Shown here one piece after another: positions 1 through 8,702 of a stretch of DNA of 64,000 nucleotides (the first letter of the stretch is position 1; each line of letters begins with the position of its first letter). The position numbers and the translations under genes are program-made. Below the pieces are notes generated by a model that saw nothing but the letters and a program-made list of their open reading frames with translations, was not told where the DNA came from and searched no databases. The stretch is from IMG/VR virus record IMGVR_UViG_3300014205_000212, positions 1-64,000 of that record; one strand, written 5' to 3'. The stretch comes from a virus (lineage: Duplodnaviria; Caudoviricetes).

Positions 1-462
1 ATAAGCAAGTGAATCGTTTGTGTGTGCTTGGATAGTATCGACATAATTGATAGTAACGACTTTCAATGAGTCGGAATAATCATTAGCGTGAGCTTCTGCT
101 GTATCGACATAATTGATAGTAACCACCTTCAATGAATCGGAATAGTTATTAGCGTGTGCCTCTGCTGTATCAACATATGATAAAGTAATTGCATTTAAAG
201 AATCTATATAAGATCGAATTGCCGCAATAGAATCCTGACTGGTTATCTCTACTTTATTAGTCCCCATACTTTGTAGGGTGCTATCAGTAGCCCCTTTAAG
301 TGTTAATCGCCATATTTTATTATCTTGTGTATTAAGAATAGGTTGTTTGATTGTAACTATTTGTTTAAAGGTAGCCATACTATCTGTTATAACCATAATC
401 GGATATTGTGAAAACCCACTTAATCCAATCAACAAACTTAGTATAAATAATATATTTTTCAT
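1..462 (-). CDS. Signal-peptide-bearing protein with 22-aa repeats, truncated by the left window edge
   Basis: Not in the ORF track. Translated by hand from ATG at 462: MKNILFILSLLIGLSGFSQYPIMV..., open to base 1. About 3 copies of YVDTAEAHANxYSDSLKVVTIN (66-bp period). Confidence 0.8.
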   Translation of the reverse strand, partial: MKNILFILSLLIGLSGFSQYPIMVITDSMATFKQIVTIKQPILNTQDNKIWRLTLKGATDSTLQSMGTNKVEITSQDSIAAIRSYIDSLNAITLSYVDTAEAHANNYSDSLKVVTINYVDTAEAHANDYSDSLKVVTINYVDTIQAHTNDSLAY

Positions 463-469
463 TTTTTAT

Positions 470-760
470 TTATTTAAATGTTGAAACTGTTTCACCATCT
501 GTTAAACCTCCTGTAAAAGTAATCTTTCCTACTGTAGGTGAATTTAATGTTATTCCTGTATAAAAATAAATCCCCTGTTTAAATACTTTAATATTTAATG
601 GTAGAGCAGTTGCTTGTATCGTTATATATCCGTTACTTTCGTCAGTAGCATTTGCTACTATATTTACAGGAGTAGAACTACTTACATAATCACTTATATC
701 TTCTAATTTATGATCATGTAGTAATACTTTACCTAATAATTTATCATATGTTACACTCAT
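470..760 (-). CDS. Hypothetical protein, possibly virion-associated
   Basis: 96-aa ORF in a tightly packed minus-strand operon. Confidence 0.65.
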   Translation of the reverse strand: MSVTYDKLLGKVLLHDHKLEDISDYVSSSTPVNIVANATDESNGYITIQATALPLNIKVFKQGIYFYTGITLNSPTVGKITFTGGLTDGETVSTFK

Positions 761-764
761 ATAC

Positions 765-1058
765 TTAAGAATTAAATATTACATAACTATATGATGCTCT
801 TCCTGCATAAGTTTTATTAAAAGATAAAGAATCGCTGGTTCCTGCTGTTTGAGCTACATATCTATCTATAACATCACTTGTTCCTACTACTGATGTAATA
901 ACTGTTTTAAATATAACTCCATTAATCAATTCTGATGATTGACATGAAGGATCTCTATAAAATTCATAGATTGTAGTTATACCAGTAGAAGGACTATTAT
1001 ATAATACTTCTGTTTTTGTTGCTGGTAAATCTGATTTTGTGTAATACTTATGTGTCAT
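765..1058 (-). CDS. Hypothetical protein
   Basis: 97-aa ORF, 4-bp gap to the next gene. Confidence 0.65.
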   Translation of the reverse strand: MTHKYYTKSDLPATKTEVLYNSPSTGITTIYEFYRDPSCQSSELINGVIFKTVITSVVGTSDVIDRYVAQTAGTSDSLSFNKTYAGRASYSYVIFNS

Positions 1059-1080
1059 TTATTTATTTATTTATTGTACA

Positions 1081-1353
1081 CTATTTCTCTACATTATATC
1101 TTCTTAGTTCTCTTGAATGGAATTTATGCACTTGTAATTTTTTTTCTCCTTCTTTATTTGTTTCCCACCAATGACATTCTATACCTATCATTCTTATTCC
1201 TTTTTCTTTTATTGGAGATCCATCTTTATTTACTCCTTTTATAAATTCACTACTCTCTTTTAAGATTCTAGAAACTATCATTTCAAGTTTTAGGTTCTCT
1301 TTATGACAAACACTTTCTCCTTCTTTAAATATTATTTTCTCTTCTTCACTCAT
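1081..1353 (-). CDS. Hypothetical protein resembling YodC/DUF2158
   Basis: Start reassigned to MSEEEK. Pattern FKEGESV...MIVSRI...ECHWW...FHSREL resembles DUF2158. Confidence 0.45.
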   Translation of the reverse strand: MSEEEKIIFKEGESVCHKENLKLEMIVSRILKESSEFIKGVNKDGSPIKEKGIRMIGIECHWWETNKEGEKKLQVHKFHSRELRRYNVEK

Positions 1354-1402
1354 TTCTATAATCTTATTACAAATATATAACATAAATATATTAAAAAACA
1401 AA

Positions 1403-1429
1403 AAAGGACAGATTTTTTTTCTGTCCTTT
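1403..1429 (-). terminator. Intrinsic terminator
   Basis: AAAGGACAGA/TCTGTCCTTT stem with a U-rich tail on the minus strand, just after the 1438 stop. Confidence 0.7.
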
Positions 1430-1437
1430 CATTTTAA

Positions 1438-1944
1438 TTAGATAATAAAATCTCGTAGAATCATTCTCACATTAGGAGTTATATCATCTGTTATGTCATT
1501 TTCTTTTAAAGAAGAAAAGTTTATTTTTATATCTCCTTCCATAAAAGAATCCATATATTTAACATATTTATCTTGTTTAATAGCATCTTCTTTTATTACA
1601 TCTGTTGTCAATAAATCATTCTTTTCTTTATTAAATGCTTCTGTTTGTTCCGGACTTATACTTATCATTCCATCCGTTTCTTTTACTTTACCTGATTCAT
1701 CTTTAATAGCATATTTATCTATAATAGCTTTTTCTCTTGCTAGATATTCCTCTGATAAGATACCTCTAATCTTTAATTGTTCATTATCTACTTTATCTAC
1801 TTCTCTTAACTGTTCTAATATCTTACCTAAGTTAGATGTTACAAATTTAGAGTACTTAGCACCCTTTACATTCATTACAGTCTTATCTCCAAAGATTCTA
1901 GAAAATCTTCTTAAGTCTTTTCTTTTAATTATTTGTAGGTTCAT
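1438..1944 (-). CDS. Hypothetical phage protein
   Basis: 168-aa ORF overlapping the upstream gene (ATGA). Confidence 0.75.
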   Translation of the reverse strand: MNLQIIKRKDLRRFSRIFGDKTVMNVKGAKYSKFVTSNLGKILEQLREVDKVDNEQLKIRGILSEEYLAREKAIIDKYAIKDESGKVKETDGMISISPEQTEAFNKEKNDLLTTDVIKEDAIKQDKYVKYMDSFMEGDIKINFSSLKENDITDDITPNVRMILRDFII

Positions 1945-2357
1945 TCTTTTATATTTTTATGTTTATATTCTACTTTTTTTATTTCTAATGTTGTATTTAT
2001 ATTTTCATCTATCTTTTCTTCTTCAACTTTACAGATAATGTCATGCATAACTACTTTAAAATATTCTTTCTTATTCCAATATACTAAATCTCTAAAAGAC
2101 ATCTGTCTATTTAATAATATCCTATCTCCAATATTATAAAAATCATAAGACATATCAATTACTAATGGTGATTTACATACTATCCTTGCTTGGTATATAT
2201 GTTCCTCAAATGTTTCTATAAGTTCAGCTTTATCAGATATTTTTGTAATATCTTGATTAGGTTTTATTATTGATGAAGGAGATGTTACTATAGGTTTTAT
2301 CTCTATCATCTCTATAAGATAAGTACCTGGTGATGGTGTTAAATTTAGTTTATTCAT
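1941..2357 (-). CDS. GroES/Cpn10-like co-chaperonin
   Basis: LTPSPGTYLIE...SSIIKP...IGDRIL...HDIICKV matches the GroES layout. Phage-encoded GroES is common in large phages. Confidence 0.6.
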   Translation of the reverse strand: MNKLNLTPSPGTYLIEMIEIKPIVTSPSSIIKPNQDITKISDKAELIETFEEHIYQARIVCKSPLVIDMSYDFYNIGDRILLNRQMSFRDLVYWNKKEYFKVVMHDIICKVEEEKIDENINTTLEIKKVEYKHKNIKE

Positions 2358-2361
2358 ATGT

Positions 2362-2652
2362 TTAAAATTTAGGTGTTAATATTTTCTTTAATAAAAGGTC
2401 CATAAAACAAGTATAAGATATTTTAAGTTCTGCATATTCATATTCTTTTTCTTGTTCAATATAGGTCTTAGGAGAAGGTTCTAAGATATAATATTCTCCT
2501 TGTTCTTCTTTTTCTTTGCATTTAAAGATATATGAAAGACCATCCATATTTACAAAGACTAGATTAAAGACATCTCCTTGTTTAATATCATCTATAAACT
2601 TTAGTAAGTCTTTCTCTTCTAGTTCTTTTTTTACTTCTTCTTTATACATCAT
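2362..2652 (-). CDS. Hypothetical protein
   Basis: 96-aa ORF in operon. Confidence 0.65.
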   Translation of the reverse strand: MMYKEEVKKELEEKDLLKFIDDIKQGDVFNLVFVNMDGLSYIFKCKEKEEQGEYYILEPSPKTYIEQEKEYEYAELKISYTCFMDLLLKKILTPKF

Positions 2653-2842
2653 CTTTAATTTTTAAGTTTATATCTAGACTACAACCTATTGCCTCTACCA
2701 TTTTTTTCAACTTATCATCTGCTATATTACTTATTCCTCTTTCATAATTACTTATTGTAACTCTATTTATATTTGTTCTTTTACTTACATCTTCTATTGA
2801 ATAACCCATTAACTTCCTTACTTTTTTCCATTTGTCCTTCAT
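2642..2842 (-). CDS. XRE/Cro-C1 family HTH regulator
   Basis: KKVRKLMGYSIEDVSKRTNINRVTISNYERG is a typical HTH_3 pattern. Confidence 0.85.
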   Translation of the reverse strand: MKDKWKKVRKLMGYSIEDVSKRTNINRVTISNYERGISNIADDKLKKMVEAIGCSLDINLKIKDDV

Positions 2843-2874
2843 AATAGTTAATGAGAATCATTATAGATGTATAT

Positions 2875-2925
2875 TATTCTTTACATTTCTATGCAATTAT
2901 ATAAACTATTCTTTACATTTCCAAA
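2875..2925 (-). promoter_or_regulatory. Bacteroidota-type promoter overlapped by two 15-bp direct repeats (candidate operators)
   Basis: Minus strand TTTG (2925-2922), 20 nt, TATAATTG (2901-2894; one mismatch to TAnnTTTG). TATTCTTTACATTTC occurs at 2875-2889 and 2907-2921. Confidence 0.5.
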
Positions 2926-3290
2926 TATTTATTTTATAATATTTATTTGAGTTATGAACATAAAGGTTCTTTTTCCATGATAGAGAGTATCTGAGGCTAA
3001 TACGCCCAGACCTTTATCATGAAATATTATATATCCTTTAATACTCTTATGATATATAACAATAGCAGGCTAATCCGACCCCATTCCATAAGGAGTTACA
3101 TATGAGTCCTTCGTCAATGACGCGTATCATGGACCAGGGTGACAACCTTAAAGTCAGATCCTGGATTTGTTTAAATATGTAACTGGATTTTCTACAACAG
3201 AGTTTTACTAGTATATTAGAGTATTTTAGACTAGACCACCGAACTCCTGACCCCAAAGGTATATGTTTCATAATGGAAATTTTAACAGTA

Positions 3291-3320
3291 CAAATATAAA
3301 TTAAAATTTTATTTTACAAA
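3291..3320 (-). promoter_or_regulatory. Bacteroidota sigma-A-type promoter (leftward)
   Basis: TTTG-N18-TATATTTG on the minus strand; consensus is TTTG-N19-21-TAnnTTTG. Confidence 0.55.
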
Positions 3321-3324
3321 TATA

Positions 3325-3355
3325 TTTGGATATAATAATTATTAACTTATCTTTG
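3325..3355 (+). promoter_or_regulatory. Bacteroidota sigma-A-type promoter (rightward)
   Basis: TTTG (3325-3328)-N19-TATCTTTG (3348-3355), an exact match to consensus. Confidence 0.7.
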
Positions 3356-3571
3356 TAGTGAAATTTTTCCTGAACCCAAAGGTTTCAAATTAAACCCTCA
3401 AAAGGAGAAATCCCAAGAGGGTTTAAAATTTTAATAAGTACCCATTCCATGATGCGTAAATAACCAGAGGAGAAACATTTCTCAAAAATGTTCTCCTCTC
3501 TTGCATTTATATAAATAATAAATTATCTTTACAATAGTTTTTCATATAGTTTGTTTTATTGGTTAAAGTTA

Positions 3572-3607
3572 AAAGGTCCCGATGTCTTAATAAAGATCGG
3601 GACCTTT
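3572..3607 (-). terminator. Intrinsic terminator after the radical SAM gene
   Basis: 12-bp stem AAAGGTCCCGAT/ATCGGGACCTTT. Confidence 0.65.
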
Positions 3608-3630
3608 CCTATTATATATATTATCTATTA

Positions 3631-4386
3631 TTATTTAAGATATTTCTTTATTGATTCTTTAAAATATACGATAGGTCTATGTATTGGGGTTCTCATAATA
3701 TATTTCTCTACATCATTAACAAATTGAGAAACATCTTTCGAATCATATTGTATGAATGTTGATTCTAAACCTATTTTATATTCATCTGTTATATCTATAG
3801 TATCTCTTATGATATTTAAACCTTTTTCAAAAGATATTAAAGGTTCCATAGATATCCATGTATAATAATTTAATTTTGATAATTTTTGTAATGCTATCAT
3901 CCTATCTATATTAGGAGAAGCATTAGGTTCTAAAATATCTTGATTAGTGATAGTAAATCCAAACTTAATAAAATTCTTATAAGGTTTCATTATATCAAAA
4001 TAATAATTATCAGTAATCCATGAAGCATTTTTGGTAAGAATTCTTGTATAAATATCTTTCTTAGCATTAATTTTTATTATTTCTAAAGTTAGATTAACTG
4101 TTGTTTCTATGAAAGGATCTGTTACAAAAGAAAGAAATACAGATTTATCATTTGTAGATTTTATAAGACTTTCTTTCTTTATAAATTCTTTACGATATTG
4201 ATTTATAGCATCTGTATTGTCTTTAAAACATTTTCTTAACTTTGCTTCATTAGTAAATAGATTAGATAAATTTCCTGTCTTATTAAAGCAATAAGAACAG
4301 TTATGAGGACAACCAATATAACCATTAAATGCATATTCCCCATATTCTAATGCAGCACCTTTAGGTTTATAAATTAATTCTGACAT
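3631..4386 (-). CDS. Radical SAM protein (spore-photoproduct-lyase-like clade suspected)
   Basis: CxxxCxxC motif (GCPHNCSYCF), then LSFVTDPF, ILTKN and WISMEPL motifs. Confidence 0.8.
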   Translation of the reverse strand: MSELIYKPKGAALEYGEYAFNGYIGCPHNCSYCFNKTGNLSNLFTNEAKLRKCFKDNTDAINQYRKEFIKKESLIKSTNDKSVFLSFVTDPFIETTVNLTLEIIKINAKKDIYTRILTKNASWITDNYYFDIMKPYKNFIKFGFTITNQDILEPNASPNIDRMIALQKLSKLNYYTWISMEPLISFEKGLNIIRDTIDITDEYKIGLESTFIQYDSKDVSQFVNDVEKYIMRTPIHRPIVYFKESIKKYLK

Positions 4387-4391
4387 ATATT

Positions 4392-4589
4392 TTAGTTTAA
4401 TATTAATGACATATTTTCTAAATCATTTAATGATTTAATAGGTATACTTACACCTTCTCCACATATCGGACATCTAAGAAGTTTTCCTTTAGGAGTATTC
4501 CATATCTTATCATATCCTACATTAAAAATATTTCCACATGCAGGACATAATACTTCCGGCATAGTATAATATTTAATACTTGCACTCAT
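4392..4589 (-). CDS. Small zinc-ribbon protein
   Basis: CPAC...CPIC. Confidence 0.65.
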   Translation of the reverse strand: MSASIKYYTMPEVLCPACGNIFNVGYDKIWNTPKGKLLRCPICGEGVSIPIKSLNDLENMSLILN

Positions 4590-4822
4590 GATTTCTTTTT
4601 TATAAGTCTATAATCTTTTAATCTATTATTTTTAATTACTTTCTTATCTTCTTCTGTAAGTAAACTCTTCCATGTATTACCTCTACATACATCTCTAAAA
4701 GACCACCATCCTATAAGATAACTATAGTTTTTAAATATCGATTTATAACTATCTCCTTTCAACAATCTATCTCTTATGCATCTAACTTGAAAGTCTGTTA
4801 GTTTATATCTAAATTTATCCAT
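4586..4822 (-). CDS. Small HTH-like protein
   Basis: LTDFQVRCIR...RDVCRGNTWK resembles the HTH appended to HNH homing endonucleases. Confidence 0.5.
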   Translation of the reverse strand: MDKFRYKLTDFQVRCIRDRLLKGDSYKSIFKNYSYLIGWWSFRDVCRGNTWKSLLTEEDKKVIKNNRLKDYRLIKKKS

Positions 4823-4970
4823 TTTCTATTTTAACCATCGTTGAACATTTATTACAAATAATATATTTAGTCACATCATTAATACCTTCTCTAACACCTA
4901 CACTAAAGATGTCTTTCTTACTATATGATGTAGTCTTCTTACAATATGGACACACTATTTTTTTATACAT
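4815..4970 (-). CDS. Small zinc-ribbon protein (51 aa)
   Basis: Below the track cut-off; MYKKIVCPYCKK...CNKCSTMVKIENG; fills the gap between neighbours. Confidence 0.55.
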   Translation of the reverse strand: MYKKIVCPYCKKTTSYSKKDIFSVGVREGINDVTKYIICNKCSTMVKIENG

Positions 4971-5464
4971 TTTTCTGGAGTTAAAGGTTTAATTAACATT
5001 TGTAATGGCATTTTATTCTCTTCATCATTACATAAAAGATTTCTAATTTCTTTATTCCTTTCAAACATTTTTTGAACTTCATAATTTTGATCTAATATTT
5101 CATGTATTACCTTTCTTAATTTTTTTAGTTTTAATGTTCCTTTTGTATCTACAGCATGGTCTAATATTATTCCTATTACATTATAGAACATTTGTAAGTC
5201 TTTGAGAAAATTACTAATATTAAATTCATTTAAATAATTAACCTTTCTTATTATCATTCGTGAAAATATTTTTTTAATAGGAGACAATCCTAACTTACCA
5301 CCATCATCTATACAAATACAGAAACTTTTCAGCAAATGACATTTAGGACAATATCCAGCAAAAGATTCTAACTGTTTTTTACCTTTTTTACATGCTTCAC
5401 CCCAATTAACTTTAGGAACTTCTATTTTCCCAACACCATTTGTTTTTTCTACTTTAGTTTTCAT
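4955..5464 (-). CDS. Hypothetical protein
   Basis: 169-aa ORF with CPKC...CIC. Confidence 0.65.
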   Translation of the reverse strand: MKTKVEKTNGVGKIEVPKVNWGEACKKGKKQLESFAGYCPKCHLLKSFCICIDDGGKLGLSPIKKIFSRMIIRKVNYLNEFNISNFLKDLQMFYNVIGIILDHAVDTKGTLKLKKLRKVIHEILDQNYEVQKMFERNKEIRNLLCNDEENKMPLQMLIKPLTPEKCIKK

Positions 5465-5469
5465 ACTTT

Positions 5470-5754
5470 TTATTTTTTATTAAATTTAATATTACTATAA
5501 ATATCTTTATCATTTTCGAATACATCAATTAACTTTTTTTTTTCATAAATTTTCCAATCAATAACTTTAATTCTTTTATCTTGTCTTTGAAATTTAGGTC
5601 TTACTCCACCTAGTCTAGAGTCCCAAAATATAATCCCATTTACTTTAAATTCATACATCATTGTTTCATATGTAAATCCTAAAGGAATACTACATATATC
5701 TAAAATAACTCTACAATTCTTAATTGCTTTTTTTAATTTTCTTGGTTGTTTCAT
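5470..5754 (-). CDS. Hypothetical protein
   Basis: 94-aa ORF in operon. Confidence 0.65.
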   Translation of the reverse strand: MKQPRKLKKAIKNCRVILDICSIPLGFTYETMMYEFKVNGIIFWDSRLGGVRPKFQRQDKRIKVIDWKIYEKKKLIDVFENDKDIYSNIKFNKK

Positions 5755-6230
5755 AATTTATTTTTAAAATTAATTAATTTATATTTTAAATTCCATATTC
5801 TCATAGTTCCTAATTTAGCAACTTTAAATATTTCTTTATCTGTTAATGGTAAACTGTCTTTATTTATTTTAGCTTCTCTAACTATATCTGCAATATTTAC
5901 ATTATAATCTTTATGTTTATTTATTACTATTATACCACAGTCTTTAGGAATTAAAACTTTAGCTTTATCATATAACACATCCGGAATAGCATAATAAAAC
6001 TGTTTAATACGTTTATCTTTATGTCCATGACCTTTATCAAAGTCTTTCTTTAAATCACTTATAGACCTCTTTATTTCAACTTCTATTGCATGTCCTGAAG
6101 GTCTTACTATAAGTAAATCACATTCATGAATAAATAATCCCCATGATATATTAGGAACAATAATATTCTTTCTAATACCAAATCTCACAGATATTGCATA
6201 TTCTATTTCTTCTAAAGAAATTATTTTCAT
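5751..6230 (-). CDS. MmcB-like PD-(D/E)XK nuclease-fold protein
   Basis: ECDLLIV...EVEIKRSISDLKKD...FYYAIP. Confidence 0.7.
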   Translation of the reverse strand: MKIISLEEIEYAISVRFGIRKNIIVPNISWGLFIHECDLLIVRPSGHAIEVEIKRSISDLKKDFDKGHGHKDKRIKQFYYAIPDVLYDKAKVLIPKDCGIIVINKHKDYNVNIADIVREAKINKDSLPLTDKEIFKVAKLGTMRIWNLKYKLINFKNKL

Positions 6231-6577
6231 ATTTTATAACTTATTAGTTAAACAAATATAATAAATATATTCTTACACCCCCTGTATCTATAACTATTTA
6301 TTCAAACAAGTTATTAACCCAATAAAGAAACCCCACATATCATAAACATAATTAATAAATTTTCCAGTAATAATACCTTACAACATTTTATAATTGAAAA
6401 TTACTATACTTATACACATTATATAAATACCCCAACCATACTTAGTATATCATAACCTTCTCTATTTATCTATTTCTTATACCAATCTATTCAAATTCTT
6501 ACCCCCCTCATGAACACCTATATGTATCCCCCCCGATGTCTTAAGTTAAATAAAGTAATAATTAATAAATTAAACTT

Positions 6578-6931
6578 ATGAAAATTAAAGTAGTACCAGG
6601 ACAACAGTATGAGAAAGCTTCTTTCGAAGACTTCGATTTGCAGATTTGTAAGGAAGAGAAATTGGTATTGGGATCAAAATCCAAAGCCGAGTTTGCAATC
6701 ATCAGAGGTACAGTGGATGAAAGACTCCACATGCCAAGTGCAGCATCATTCTGCAAATTAGCAGAAGAAGGAGCACCAATACTATTGGATGATAACGGTA
6801 ATGTAGTTTCAAAACCTGCTATAGGAAGTAGCCTGAATATTAACTTCGACCTATTAATAGGTCAGGTTAACGGGTGTACCGTATGGTCTCATCCTGTAGC
6901 AGAAACTACAAAGAAAACTACAAAGAAGTAA
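6578..6931 (+). CDS. Hypothetical protein, first gene of the rightward arm
   Basis: 117-aa ORF followed by a terminator. Confidence 0.7.
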   Translation: MKIKVVPGQQYEKASFEDFDLQICKEEKLVLGSKSKAEFAIIRGTVDERLHMPSAASFCKLAEEGAPILLDDNGNVVSKPAIGSSLNINFDLLIGQVNGCTVWSHPVAETTKKTTKK

Positions 6932-6935
6932 GATT

Positions 6936-6969
6936 TATGGGATGATTAAGTTCATCCCATAATTTTTTT
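6936..6969 (+). terminator. Intrinsic terminator
   Basis: TTATGGGATGA/TCATCCCATAA stem followed by a T-tract. Confidence 0.8.
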
Positions 6970-7263
6970 AATTTTTTTTTATGTATAGGTGATGTGGTAA
7001 AGGACGAAAGTTACGACTATATCTTAATTGATGTACTTCAGCCTATATATTTCTCTCGCAAGTATTCTAGTTAAGCATTAACAAAAAGAGAGTGATGTCT
7101 CTGGCTACTAGAGCTCAAAACATTTATGAATATAATAAGTATTCTGCCGATTGACTATATAAGAGATATAGAATAACATCGAGAAGTTCCAAAAGGTTAC
7201 GGATGGAAGGAAGTGCGGACAGCTATGAGACAAAGGTTATTCTCAAACACCAATGTCATTTAA

Positions 7264-7311
7264 GGTATGTGCTAGTCGGTAGCGTAAGAGGTTCGACTCC
7301 TCTACATACTC
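7264..7311 (+). ncRNA. Minimal tRNA-like element (acceptor stem, one arm, T-arm; no anticodon arm)
   Basis: GGTATGT/ACATACT stem, GCTA-GTCGG-TAGC arm, AGAGG-TTCGACT-CCTCT canonical T-arm. Confidence 0.4.
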
Positions 7312-7513
7312 CTAATTTTTAATCTCAATATTATGTACGATGAAATAGTTATCTCAGTTAAGACACTATCTACATCTCTTGACATCCTTATTATGGATGT
7401 TGATGATGAATAGAGTGCATTAACTTAGATATATGAACATCCCTTTCCAAGCTTTAGGATGGTATAAACATGAAAGCTTTTCTATTGATTAATTAATTAA
7501 TAAACTAAATAAA

Positions 7514-7825
7514 ATGAGACAATTAAGATTCACAACTAAAAACCAAGTAGACTTAGAATGTATAAGGAAAACATATTTAACGTCTAATGTAAAATGTACT
7601 AAAGCTTATATCCATGGTGAAGCTGAGGATATAGCGGGATTTGATTGTCCTGACTTTATCGATGGTGATATGGAGCAACTAGAATTACCTATTGATAAAC
7701 AGGACATTCTTATGGTACTTCTTAATGGAGACTTCAAATGTAAAGCTGAATTTCTTCATCGTCCAAAATCTACTTCTTATTATCTTTTAACCCTAAAAGA
7801 TGAAAAATCTGCTTTAGAAGATTGA
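7514..7825 (+). CDS. Hypothetical protein
   Basis: 103-aa ORF. Confidence 0.65.
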   Translation: MRQLRFTTKNQVDLECIRKTYLTSNVKCTKAYIHGEAEDIAGFDCPDFIDGDMEQLELPIDKQDILMVLLNGDFKCKAEFLHRPKSTSYYLLTLKDEKSALED

Positions 7826-7828
7826 TAC

Positions 7829-8019
7829 ATATATATATTGTATAGGTATTTTGAGTTCTATAATATACTGTTTGCTTACATATTTTTGTCTCCAAGCGGG
7901 AGCACTTCGAATAACTGTAAGTATAATAGCCTTTATTAATTATAATATGTAATCATTTCACTTACATATTATAATATCATTATACTCCTAAATTCAAAAT
8001 ACCTATACAATATATATAT
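7829..8019. repeat. Long inverted repeat with a nested hairpin
   Basis: 7829-7857 vs 7991-8019 are 28/29 complementary. Inner perfect 14-bp IR at 7939-7952/7962-7975. Confidence 0.85.
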
Positions 8020-8063
8020 AGGATACTTTATTCTTGATAGTATTTACCTTAAATTTTAATATT

Positions 8064-8249
8064 ATGAATCTACATGTTAATTTCGACAGTCCTACTAAAA
8101 TGGATAATAATTTTATTATTCATTTTCCTAAAGGTTCTTTTCTTTATATTCAATATGAAGATAAAACCTTTATTGATAGAGTCTTTAACGAACTTAAAGA
8201 GGAAGGGTTTGATGGTAATATCACCATTAACTTTATAATGATTGTCTAA
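8064..8249 (+). CDS. Hypothetical protein
   Basis: 61 aa from the first ATG in the track ORF. Confidence 0.5.
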   Translation: MNLHVNFDSPTKMDNNFIIHFPKGSFLYIQYEDKTFIDRVFNELKEEGFDGNITINFIMIV

Positions 8250-8254
8250 TTCAT

Positions 8255-8298
8255 ACTAACCTTGTCCAATTGCTTTGCCATAGGATGAGGTTAGTTTT
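8255..8298 (+). terminator. Putative intrinsic terminator
   Basis: ACTAACCTTGTCC/GGATGAGGTTAGT stem (two G.T pairs) followed by TTT. Confidence 0.5.
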
Positions 8299-8702
8299 AC
8301 CCTATTTTCGTCTTGGACATACAACCACGTGCCTCTCAGAGGTCTACAAATACCCATTTTTACCATATTTCTACCTTTAATTAGATATCTTTATTAACCT
8401 ATTCTTATTCTCTCCAATTGCCCTCAATCCCTTACTGGTATTGACTTTCAGCTCTCTTAAAATGTGAATATATATTAAAGCTAGGTTGTTGATATAGTTG
8501 AGTATATGAGTTATAATAGGTGTATAAGTAGACTTATGGTAAGGTGGAAAATTTTAAATCATAAGATGGGAAAGATAAGAGTGGGAGGTGATGTTGCTGG
8601 AAGATTTAATAATGGATTATATAGATATATATGATAATGTTATATTTGTATGGTTATTTTAATTTGATTTTAAGTAATAAATATTTTTAAATATTTTATA
8701 AT

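Noticed and set aside
1493-2038. 181-aa + strand ORF, and similar antisense ORFs (e.g. 14878, 15274, 20891, 24421, 54172, 60844)
   Set aside because: Shadows of well-supported opposite-strand genes with low-complexity Ser/Leu/Phe composition.
3047-3271. Confident protein-coding call for the 74-aa ORF
   Set aside because: Atypical composition and no recognisable motif; discussed only as part of the antisense hypothesis.
6985-7015. Hammerhead ribozyme (TGATG...GGACGAAA)
   Set aside because: The core is not CUGAUGA and stem II cannot form.
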